Shown: piece after piece, positions 7,744 to 15,793 of the stretch
Position numbering within the stretch: the stretch's first letter is position 1
Layout: every line of letters starts with the position of its first letter
Assembly: GCA_041946735.1 (NCBI GenBank)
Contig: JBHGAY010000007.1
Coordinates: 64,001-128,000, forward strand
Source: Candidatus Eiseniibacteriota bacterium
GTDB lineage: Bacteria; Eisenbacteria; RBG-16-71-46; CAIMUX01; VGJL01
Length of the DNA stretch: 64,000 nt
Direction of reading: 5' to 3'
Program-made: the position numbers and the translations under genes
The notes under the pieces: generated by a model
Database searches by the model: none
Seen by the model: only the letters and a program-made list of their open reading frames with translations
Told to the model about the DNA's origin: nothing

Positions 7744-10616
7744 CAGTAGACGAGGATGAGCGCTCCCGGCCCTCGTGAGCGAAGCGTGGGCAGCACGGCG
7801 GCGACTTCCTCCGGACGAACTCGCGCCGGAGCGCGGATCTCTTCGTCGATGCCCGCCGGGTCGCGCCCTTCGAGGATCGCCTGGCCCGCCGCGGCGGCGC
7901 GGTTCATGCGAGTCGCGCGACGCATCAGCGACCGTCCGTACGCCTGCGCTCCCTGGGTGCGGATCGCCGCCGAATCGGGCGAGGCGGCGAGGCTCGCCTC
8001 CAGCTGCTCGCGGAATCCTTCCACGATCCTCGGGATGTTGGAGGCTCCGGTTCCCGCCGAAGCGATCCAGATCACCGTTCCGTCGTCGGCGCGTTCGACC
8101 GAAGAGCCGATGGAATAGGCGAGTCCTTCTTTCTCGCGGAGCTGGAACTGGATGCGCGCGGAGAGCACGGCGTTCCACACCTCGACGGCCGGGAACCGCT
8201 CCGCCGAGACCTGCCCGAGCGGCACCGCCCACGTGACGGCCCCTTGGCGGGCGCCGATCCGCCGCACCTGCACGTAGGTCGACTCGGGGACGGAGATGCC
8301 CTTGAGGTCGGACGGCAGCGGATCGCTTTGGGCAAGGCGCGCGCGGATCGAGGCGGCGATGCCGCTTCGTCCGGGCAGGGGAGGGGCGGAGCCCCCGGCG
8401 GGGATCGAGCCGAAGCGCTTCGCGAAGAGATCTCCAATCGTTTCGGGAGGGAGGCTCGTCGCCACGACCAGGAGGAGCCTCGAGCCGACGAGAGCCTGAT
8501 CGGCGTACGAGCGGAGCGCTTCGGGGGTGATGCGCTCCAGGCTCGCGACGGTGCCGAAGAGAGCGCGGCTTCGCGGAGTCCCGCCATAGAGGGCATCGCG
8601 AAGCAGCTGGCGAGCGGTCGCCCCGGCGCTCGACGCGGATCGCTCCGCCTGCGATCGCATCGCTCCTCGAGCTTCCTCGAAGGTGTCGGGGCGAATGTCG
8701 CGGGAGCGGATCATGTCGGCGAGGATCGAGAACGCCTCGGGAGCGAAGCGATCCAGTGTCTGCAGTCGGACGAAGGCGTAGAGCGGGGTCGAGTAGTAGT
8801 CGTCGTAGGGGATCGAGGGATCGTCCGCGGTCTTCAGCTCGGCGCCGATGGCGCGCAGCCGATCGGAGAAGGGAGCGGGCGACTCGCCCCCGGAGCCGGC
8901 CGGCAGGAGCCGCTGGAGGAGTTCCGCCATCCCGTCCATCCCTGCAGGCTCAGCCGCCGATCGTCCCTTGAGAAAGAGGTGGAGCGCGAGGACAGGGCTC
9001 TCCGGGCTCGACAGGACCAGCAGTTGCGCGCCGTTCGGAAGTGTCCGCTCGACGAGGCTCGCCGCGGAGCGAGCGGAGTCCGCGGCGGCTGCGGCCGGCT
9101 CGGCGCCTGAAGCGGGAAGCGCGGTCACACGGCACGCGGGGCCGCGGGCGAGCCGCTCGGCAGCCCGCACGACCTCGGGCAGCTCGAGTCGCTCGAGAGC
9201 CGGCGCGAGCCCAACGATCCCAGGGAGGCCCTGGGCCGCGACTCGCTCGCCTTCGAGGACTCCGTAGTAGTGCGGCTTCTCGCGAAGGAAGAACTCGGCC
9301 GTCTCGCGAGACACCTTCCACGCCTCGAGGGCAGCGGCCGTTGGCGCCGGCCGGGGAGCGCCGGCGATCTCCGAGAGCGCGCCGGCCAGCTGGTTCGGAT
9401 CGGTGGCCGCGTCGGCTTCGACCCGGTATCGGAGCAAGCAGCCGCCGGGGACCATCTCCAGGCGGGCGCCGGCCGAGCGGATCGCCCCGGGGAAGCGGTC
9501 GCGGATGGCCTGATTCCACGGAGCGGTATCCTCGCCGGCGAGGAGATCGACGGCGCACTCGGAGGCAAGGAAGTCGGCGCCGGCGGGATCGGGCCCGGGC
9601 CACGTCCACTCGACGAGGAGCCCGCTCGGGTCGCTGCCCGGGAAGGCGAGCTCCTGTCCGTAGGAAACGATCTCGGCGGGCGCCGGCGGGGGAGGCTCCT
9701 GGCCCGGCGGTTCCGCTCCGAAGGTCTCGCGAAGGTGTCGCTCCATCCCCTCGGGATCGAAGTCGCCGATCGCGACGACGGTCATGTTCTGGGGGACATA
9801 GAAGCTCCGGTAGAACTCGAGGATCTCCTCGCGAGTCATCGACTCGATGGAGCTTCGGCTTCCGAGGACCGGCAATCCGGCTCCCTGGGGCCCGAACACT
9901 GCCAGATCGAGCATCCTCTCTTGCTCGAAGTCGCCCCGATCCTGGTCGCGGGCGAGCTCCTCGAGGATGATGCCGCGCTCCTTCTCGAGCTTCTCGGGAG
10001 GCAGGGTCGAGTGGAAGAGCATGTCGCGCTCGATCTCGAGACCCGCACGGGCGTTCTCCGCCGGCACGACCATCATGAAAACGACGTGCGTGCGCGCGGT
10101 CGTCGCGTTGCTGTAGCCGCCGAGCGCGTCGACAGCGTCGTACAGCTGCTCCTGGCTCCGCGTCTCGGTGCCATTGAAGAGCAGGTGCTCCAGGAAGTGG
10201 CTGGCCCCGTTCGTGGCCATCGTCTCGCGCGCCGATCCGGAACGGATCACGATGCTGATTCCCACGAGCGGGGCCGCGTGGCTCTCGATCAGCAGGTAAC
10301 CCGTCCCGTTGTCCAGGTAGCCCCAGCGAGGCGGCAGAGCGGTCGGACCGGCGTCGCCGGCGGGTGGAGCGACGGCGGCCATGGCGGCCATCGGGTCAGA
10401 AGGATTGGCCCGTGCGGCGGAGGCGGCCGCCGGAGGGACGGCGAAGAGTTGGAGGCAGATCGCCGCCCCGGCAAGCCCGAGCACGCCGGCGCGGACGGCG
10501 AAGGGCAGGAGGAAACGGGCGTTTCGACGGCCACAGAGCCCCCGGAGAGGTCCGGAGCGAGCAGCGGGGGCGGCTGATGCGGGGCGGCCGGTGGAGGCCG
10601 GAAAACAGGCCCACAA
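7743..10616 (-). CDS. Exported M16-family (pitrilysin/PqqL-like) zinc peptidase with two M16 halves
   Basis: GASHFLEHLLFNGT (HXXEH) and EKERGIILEE; second half degenerate (GMAELLQRLL); LREKEGLAYSI; signal-like segment FLLPFAVRAGVLGLAGAAICLQL. Start uncertain: TTG 10616 chosen; the ORF extension to 11267 looks non-coding. Confidence 0.85.
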   Translation of the reverse strand: MWACFPASTGRPASAAPAARSGPLRGLCGRRNARFLLPFAVRAGVLGLAGAAICLQLFAVPPAAASAARANPSDPMAAMAAVAPPAGDAGPTALPPRWGYLDNGTGYLLIESHAAPLVGISIVIRSGSARETMATNGASHFLEHLLFNGTETRSQEQLYDAVDALGGYSNATTARTHVVFMMVVPAENARAGLEIERDMLFHSTLPPEKLEKERGIILEELARDQDRGDFEQERMLDLAVFGPQGAGLPVLGSRSSIESMTREEILEFYRSFYVPQNMTVVAIGDFDPEGMERHLRETFGAEPPGQEPPPPAPAEIVSYGQELAFPGSDPSGLLVEWTWPGPDPAGADFLASECAVDLLAGEDTAPWNQAIRDRFPGAIRSAGARLEMVPGGCLLRYRVEADAATDPNQLAGALSEIAGAPRPAPTAAALEAWKVSRETAEFFLREKPHYYGVLEGERVAAQGLPGIVGLAPALERLELPEVVRAAERLARGPACRVTALPASGAEPAAAAADSARSAASLVERTLPNGAQLLVLSSPESPVLALHLFLKGRSAAEPAGMDGMAELLQRLLPAGSGGESPAPFSDRLRAIGAELKTADDPSIPYDDYYSTPLYAFVRLQTLDRFAPEAFSILADMIRSRDIRPDTFEEARGAMRSQAERSASSAGATARQLLRDALYGGTPRSRALFGTVASLERITPEALRSYADQALVGSRLLLVVATSLPPETIGDLFAKRFGSIPAGGSAPPLPGRSGIAASIRARLAQSDPLPSDLKGISVPESTYVQVRRIGARQGAVTWAVPLGQVSAERFPAVEVWNAVLSARIQFQLREKEGLAYSIGSSVERADDGTVIWIASAGTGASNIPRIVEGFREQLEASLAASPDSAAIRTQGAQAYGRSLMRRATRMNRAAAAGQAILEGRDPAGIDEEIRAPARVRPEEVAAVLPTLRSRGPGALILVY

Positions 10617-11109
10617 GGGCGCGGAGCCACGTCGATCGGTCGCCAGAGCTGGCCTCGGACCTGATGTCGCATAAGAAACATTATGTAACGTAACGTCCAG
10701 ATCGGAAGCCCCGCCCTGATGGCCCCTCGAACCTCTTGATCCGCCGAGCATCCTGCCTCCCCTCCTCTCCGTCCCTTCCGCCCCTTCCCGGTTCTCCGCC
10801 CCTCGATCGCGAATCCGGCTCTCCGTCTCTGCCTGCTCTGCCTGTCTGCGACGCGCTACCTGCGTGTTCGTCTCCGTCGTCCTCGTTCGGCGAGGCTCGT
10901 CCGGCAACTCGCGAAGCCTTCGAACTCCGCGATGCGTTCCGCCCGGCGGACTCGTGCAGGCCGCAGGCCGCGTATGCGCTTCGCCTTTACGCGGCCCCGT
11001 GCCCGCCGCTCCATCTCGCGGCCCGCCGCCGCCGCAATCGCCACCCGCGTGCCGCGTTGCCTCGTGCCACTCGAGCGCTCGGACCCCGCTCGTCGCCTGA
11101 GCACGCGTC

Positions 11110-11125
11110 CGGCACGCCCGATGCA
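11110..11125 (+). promoter_or_regulatory. Candidate sigma-54 promoter
   Basis: CGGCACG-CCCG-ATGCA: exact GG-N10-GC spacing, close to consensus TGGCACG-N4-TTGCW, in an intergenic region. Confidence 0.55.
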
Positions 11126-11135
11126 TGGCCTGGCT

Positions 11136-11375
11136 GCACGAAGGCGAGAGAGAGAACGACGCGAGTCTTCGGCAACTGCTCGTCTTCCCGATCAGAGACG
11201 AATCTGCGGCGCACGTGAGCAGTCCTGGCCGACCACGGGCCACTGACACTGGATGGGTCCCGTTCAACGTCGCCAGGCACGGCCCTCGCGGAGGAGCCTC
11301 TGAGCATCGACCGGCTCCGGCCGGTCCGCATTCGGGGTCCCCGGCTACGGCCCTTGGGACCCCGATTCCTTTCCT
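11136..11375 (+). ncRNA. Putative sigma-54-dependent small RNA (no known family recognised)
   Basis: Lies between the sigma-54-like promoter and a hairpin with a plus-strand pyrimidine tail; several small hairpins; no credible ORF. Confidence 0.3.
11332..11375 (+). terminator. Terminator-like hairpin
   Basis: 10-bp stem TCGGGGTCCC/GGGACCCCGA followed by TTCCTTTCCT. Confidence 0.55.
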
Positions 11376-11429
11376 CTCCTCTCCTCCGCCGCGCGAGCTC
11401 GATCGACACGCTCGCTCGCAGCCCTCGCT

Positions 11430-12359
11430 TCACCCGAGATCGGCGAGCCTTTCCCTTGAACGCGAAGCGAACCAACCCTCGGGCCGGACCTCCAGGAGCT
11501 TGCGGAACGAGTCGCGCGCCTTCTTCCGGTCGCCGACGGCGAGCGATGCTTCCCCGAGCAGATAGAGACCTTCGGCGTAGCGATCCTTCCCCTTGTTCTT
11601 CTTCACGAAGCGCTCCGCCTCCTTGCGCGCCTCCTTCGAGTCGCCCGCCCGCAACAGAATCCGCGCGCGGTCGAGACGGAGATCCCAGATCGAGTCGCGG
11701 AACTGCTTCTCGGGGTCCCCGGCGAACAAGGTGTCCATCTGCGCCTTCGCCTGGGAGAACTCCCCTTTGTTCTCGAGAAGCAGCGCCAGATCTCGGCGTA
11801 CTTCCAGCAGTTCCGGATGGTCCTTCAACCTCGTTCGTAGGGTGAATTCACGCCCACTCGTGTCGAGGAACCGGTCAAGGGTCGTCGCGAACCGGGTCGG
11901 GGGCTGATAGCCGCGGACCATCTCGATCGCGCTGCCGTCCGGATTCAGGAAACCGATCGTCGGATAGGCCCGGACGCCATAGCGCTCCGCCAGATCCCGC
12001 CGGCCTTCGGCGTCGACCTTCACGCAGACCATCCGCTTGCTACGCTCCACCACTTCCGGAGCGACATAGGTCTCTCGGTCGAGCACTTTGCACCAGCCGC
12101 ACCATCCCGTGTAGAAGTCGACCATCACGATCGATCGCTCGAACCGGGCGCGCTCGAGCGCCTGCTCGAAATCGGGAGCCCAATCGATCTCCGCCTTCGC
12201 GCCGCTCTCCGGAGGAGGAGACGCATCCTCGGCTGCCGCGACAGCCGCCGCGAGCCCGGTCCCGGCGATCGCCATGGCGAGGACCAGCCGGAGCGTCAGG
12301 CGAAGGGACGAAGAGGCGGCGTTCGCCGTCCCTCTGGAGCGCGCCCTAGAGCGCGCCAA
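11430..12359 (-). CDS. Exported thioredoxin-family protein with C-terminal TPR domain
   Basis: Signal peptide, IDW..FEQALERA..MVDFYTGWCGWCKVLD, YGVRAYPT (cis-Pro motif), then TPR helices; start uncertain. Confidence 0.82.
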   Translation of the reverse strand: MARSRARSRGTANAASSSLRLTLRLVLAMAIAGTGLAAAVAAAEDASPPPESGAKAEIDWAPDFEQALERARFERSIVMVDFYTGWCGWCKVLDRETYVAPEVVERSKRMVCVKVDAEGRRDLAERYGVRAYPTIGFLNPDGSAIEMVRGYQPPTRFATTLDRFLDTSGREFTLRTRLKDHPELLEVRRDLALLLENKGEFSQAKAQMDTLFAGDPEKQFRDSIWDLRLDRARILLRAGDSKEARKEAERFVKKNKGKDRYAEGLYLLGEASLAVGDRKKARDSFRKLLEVRPEGWFASRSRERLADLG

Positions 12360-12678
12360 AGGATCGCTCCACCTGGGCGAGAAGGGCGGCCTTTCCGGCC
12401 GCGCCGCTCGTCTGCCCGACCGCCTGCCCGTCCTTGAAGTAGATCAGCGTCGGAATGCTCTGGATTCCGTAGCGCGTCGCGATCACCGGATTCGTGTCGA
12501 CGTCGATCTTGACGAACTTCACCTTGCCTTCAAGCTCGCCCGCCAACTCCTTCAGCGTGGGGGCGAGCAGCCGGCAAGGACCGCACCAATCCGCCCAGAA
12601 GTCTACGATCACCGGAACGCGGCTTTGCACGACCTCGCCCTCGAAGGTGGCGTCGGTAACCTCCTCGACCAGACTCAT
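12346..12678 (-). CDS. trxA: Thioredoxin
   Basis: 110 aa; VDFWADWCGPC, YGIQSIPTL; SD AAGGAG; ATGA overlap with holA. Confidence 0.95.
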   Translation of the reverse strand: MSLVEEVTDATFEGEVVQSRVPVIVDFWADWCGPCRLLAPTLKELAGELEGKVKFVKIDVDTNPVIATRYGIQSIPTLIYFKDGQAVGQTSGAAGKAALLAQVERSFGAL

Positions 12679-13718
12679 CGCTTCTCCTTCTGTTGCATCT
12701 GTTGGGTGGCGCTCGCGCCGGGCCGTGCGGCGCGGCCGGAGCAGAGCCGGACGATCATCTCCTCGAACGCGACGTCCTGGAGGCTCGACGGGATCTCCCC
12801 CGTCTTGACCGCGCGCTCCAGACGATAGCATGCGCGCAGCAGGCGGGACACCCGAGGGCCGATCCTCCCACCGCTCGCGCCGCCGGAACCTCTTCCCCAT
12901 CCTGTCGCAAGATGCTTGCTGCCGAGCATCCAGGTCATGGCCGGCACCGTGGCGTTCCTCTGCACCGAAGTCCACGCGAGGAGCGCTCGCGGGGCGTCCC
13001 CGACGAGCAGGGCCTCTTCGAGATCCGCCAGGCTGCCGACCACGCCCGACCGCAACCAGTTCTCCAGCGTGGCGTCGTCCACCTTGCCGTCCGGGCCAAG
13101 CCGGAGCGCCAGACGGTCGATCTCCTGGGAAAGGTCGAGCAGGTTCGGGCCGACGGCGGCGACGAGGCGCCGCGCCGGATGCTGTGGAAGCGTCAAGCCG
13201 TGCCGCTCGCGCGCCATCCGGATGATGAGCGCCACGGCACGCTCCGGAGACGGATGGTCGCACCGCACCACGGCGTCGCATCTTTCGAGCGTCCCCTTGA
13301 CGAACTCGTTCGCCCGCTCCAGCTCCCAGACCTGCTTCTCGGTCGTGAGAACGAGATGCACCCCCGGTGCCGGCTGCTCCATCCACTCCCAGAAGTCGGC
13401 GCGGTCGGCCTGGGCCGCCCGCCCGTAGCGCTCGGGCTCGCTCAGGACGACGAGCCGCGATTCGGCGAAGAGGCTGGTGACGCGGAGACCGGCGGAGAGG
13501 ACCGACAGGGATGTCTCGCGCGCCTGGTACAGCTCGCGGTTCCACCGTCCCTCCCCGCCTTGCCCGGCCAGGACCGAGCGGGCCATGCGGGAGAGGATCG
13601 CGTCGCGCAGCAGGACCTCCGGGCCGCTCACGAGGAGGGTCGAAGGGGCGCCGGCCTTTTCCAGGATCTCGAGGAATCGATCGAACTCGAGCGGGCGGGT
13701 TCCCCAGGGCGGCTTCAC
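12675..13718 (-). CDS. holA: DNA polymerase III delta subunit
   Basis: LLVSGPEVLL, SLFAESRLVVL, VGPNLLDLSQEIDRL; directly downstream of lptE (conserved pairing) with GTGA overlap. Confidence 0.75.
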   Translation of the reverse strand: MKPPWGTRPLEFDRFLEILEKAGAPSTLLVSGPEVLLRDAILSRMARSVLAGQGGEGRWNRELYQARETSLSVLSAGLRVTSLFAESRLVVLSEPERYGRAAQADRADFWEWMEQPAPGVHLVLTTEKQVWELERANEFVKGTLERCDAVVRCDHPSPERAVALIIRMARERHGLTLPQHPARRLVAAVGPNLLDLSQEIDRLALRLGPDGKVDDATLENWLRSGVVGSLADLEEALLVGDAPRALLAWTSVQRNATVPAMTWMLGSKHLATGWGRGSGGASGGRIGPRVSRLLRACYRLERAVKTGEIPSSLQDVAFEEMIVRLCSGRAARPGASATQQMQQKEKR

Positions 13719-14278
13719 CACTGCTCCATCGCGCGGGCCAGGATGTCCTCGGCCAGCTCGCCGATCGCCTTCGCTCGCGCCTGCGCTTCGGTCGACAGGG
13801 CCTCTCCCCCCGCGCCGCTCGGCGCATAGACCGCAGAGACGGTGAACGTCTCGTCTTTCCATAGGTCCCGGCTCTTCGCCTGGTCGCGCAACGTCGCCCG
13901 CACGTTCAGCACGACGATGTAGTCGAGCGGGACGTCTCCCTGATAGTTGTGCACGCGGTTGTCGTAGCTCGTGACGGAGCCGTGCACCACGACGTCTGCG
14001 CGGCTCTCGCCGACGAGCTTCAGGCGGCTGTCGGAGAGGAACCTCTGCGTGACCGCCTCGGTCACCTGGTTGGCTACGTCGGGCTCGAGCGTCGCGTTCT
14101 CGAAGACCGGCACGGCGACCGTCTTCATGTAGGGCGGAAGAGAGCTGCTGGAGAAGGAGTAGAGGCCGCAGCCGCCGGCGGCGAGCGAGAGGGAGAGGGC
14201 AAGCGCGAGCGCGGGGGCGAAGAGGTAGATGTGGGACGGTCCAAAAGGGAGCCCGTGGAAAGCTACGCGCCTGCGCAT
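13715..14278 (-). CDS. lptE: LptE-family LPS assembly lipoprotein
   Basis: Lipobox AGGC-GLYSF; LPPYMKTVAVPVFENATLEP; ADVVVHGSVTSY; ends ELAEDILARAMEQW. Confidence 0.82.
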   Translation of the reverse strand: MRRRVAFHGLPFGPSHIYLFAPALALALSLSLAAGGCGLYSFSSSSLPPYMKTVAVPVFENATLEPDVANQVTEAVTQRFLSDSRLKLVGESRADVVVHGSVTSYDNRVHNYQGDVPLDYIVVLNVRATLRDQAKSRDLWKDETFTVSAVYAPSGAGGEALSTEAQARAKAIGELAEDILARAMEQW

Positions 14279-14284
14279 GCGGGC

Positions 14285-14314
14285 AGTATACGGAACGGCC
14301 GGACGGTGCGGCAA
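14285..14314 (-). promoter_or_regulatory. Sigma-70 promoter, probably giving a leaderless lptE mRNA
   Basis: TTGCCG-18 nt-TATACT-6 nt-ATG. Confidence 0.6.
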
Positions 14315-14365
14315 TCGCCCCGCCCGGCCTCGCATTCGCGACCCGGCCGCTCCCCCGCCGCGGCT

Positions 14366-15793
14366 TCAGGCGGCTCGCCGGTGGCGCTCCTCCTTCAGGC
14401 CGTACTGCTTCATCCGGTAGCGGAGCTTGTCGCGCGTCGTCCGCAGCAGCTCCGCAGTCTTCGTCTGGTTCCATCCGGTCGCGTCCGAGGCGCGGAGGAT
14501 GAGCCCCCGCTCGATCTCCTCGACCCAGCTCTCGAACGGAATGCCGGAGGGATCGATCCGCCCGTCGACCAGCACCGCCTGCAGCGAGTCGAGCAACGCG
14601 CCGCCTTCGCGTGGATTCTCCTCATGCGCGCCCAACTTGAGATGTCCCGGTTCGATCCACTCTCCGTCCTCCAGCAGGACGGTCCGCTCGAACGCGTTTC
14701 GCAGCTCGCGGATGTTCCCGGGCCAGGGGTACTCGAGCAGCAGCTGCAGCGCTTGAGGCGAGACTCCCCGGAAGCTCTTGCGAAACGCCTGGCGGAAGGT
14801 CGCGACGAAGTGTTCCGCGAGCAGCGGGATGTCCTCGCGGCGCTCGCGCAGGGGCGGCATCCGGATCGGGACGACCATGAGCCGGTAGTACAGGTCTTCG
14901 CGGAAGCGGCCCGCCGCGACCATCTTCGCCAGATCCTGATTCGTCGCGGAGATGATCTTGACCGCAACCGAGAGGTCGCGCGTCCCGCCCACGCGCCGGA
15001 ACGTCATGCTCTCGAGCACCTTCAAGAGCTTCACCTGCAGGTTCGGGCTCATCTCTCCGATCTCGTCGAGGAACAGGGATCCTCCGTCGGCGAGCTCGAG
15101 CAGCCCCTGCTTGCGCGCCCGGGCGTCGGTGAACGCTCCCTTCTCGTGACCGAACAGCTCGGTCTCGAGCAACTCGCGCGGGATCGCCGCGCAGTTGATC
15201 TCGAGAAACGGCCCTTCGGCGAGCGGCCCCATGTCGTGAATGTAGCGGGCGATGACCTGCTTGCCGGTTCCGCTCTCCCCTTCGATCAGCACGCTCGTCG
15301 TGTCGCTCTTCGCGACCTTCTCGGCGATCTCGTAGACGTTGCGAATCGCGGGCGAGACGCCACGGACGAAATCGCGCGCGTAGCGCTCCTTCTCGTTGCG
15401 CCTGCGGTGCGACAGCTCGCGGAACACGCGCGCGGAATCGAGCGCCTTCTCCACCACGACGCGGAGCTGCTCCAAGTTGACCGGCTTCGTCAGGAAGTCG
15501 TACGCCCCCGCCTTCATCGCGGCGACCGCCGTCGACACCTCGCCGTAGGCGGTCATGACGATGACCGGCAGGTCCTTCTCCCGCTCCCGGAGCCGTTCGA
15601 GGAGCTGGAGGCCGAGGCCGTCCGGGAGCCGGAGATCGAGCAGGACGAGATCGACCGCCTCCCGGCAGGCGATCTCCCAGCCCTCGGCCAGCGTGCCGGC
15701 TCCGTGCACCGTGTGGCCGTCTTCGGTGAGCGACTTGCTGAGGAAGTGACGCAGGGACTCCTGGTCGTCGACGATCAGGATCGAAGTGGACAT
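14366..15793 (-). CDS. Sigma-54-dependent response regulator (NtrC/AtoC family)
   Basis: Receiver ILIVDD..LLDLRLPD..KP; AAA+ GESGTGK, ELFGHEKGAFTDA, LFLDEIGE, WPGNIREL; Fis-type HTH NQTKTAELL. Confidence 0.95.
   Translation of the reverse strand: MSTSILIVDDQESLRHFLSKSLTEDGHTVHGAGTLAEGWEIACREAVDLVLLDLRLPDGLGLQLLERLREREKDLPVIVMTAYGEVSTAVAAMKAGAYDFLTKPVNLEQLRVVVEKALDSARVFRELSHRRRNEKERYARDFVRGVSPAIRNVYEIAEKVAKSDTTSVLIEGESGTGKQVIARYIHDMGPLAEGPFLEINCAAIPRELLETELFGHEKGAFTDARARKQGLLELADGGSLFLDEIGEMSPNLQVKLLKVLESMTFRRVGGTRDLSVAVKIISATNQDLAKMVAAGRFREDLYYRLMVVPIRMPPLRERREDIPLLAEHFVATFRQAFRKSFRGVSPQALQLLLEYPWPGNIRELRNAFERTVLLEDGEWIEPGHLKLGAHEENPREGGALLDSLQAVLVDGRIDPSGIPFESWVEEIERGLILRASDATGWNQTKTAELLRTTRDKLRYRMKQYGLKEERHRRAA

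Noticed and set aside
10617..11267. N-terminal extension of the 1174-aa M16 ORF
   Set aside because: Low-complexity Arg/Gly/Ala translation upstream of the signal peptide; the region contains promoter-like elements
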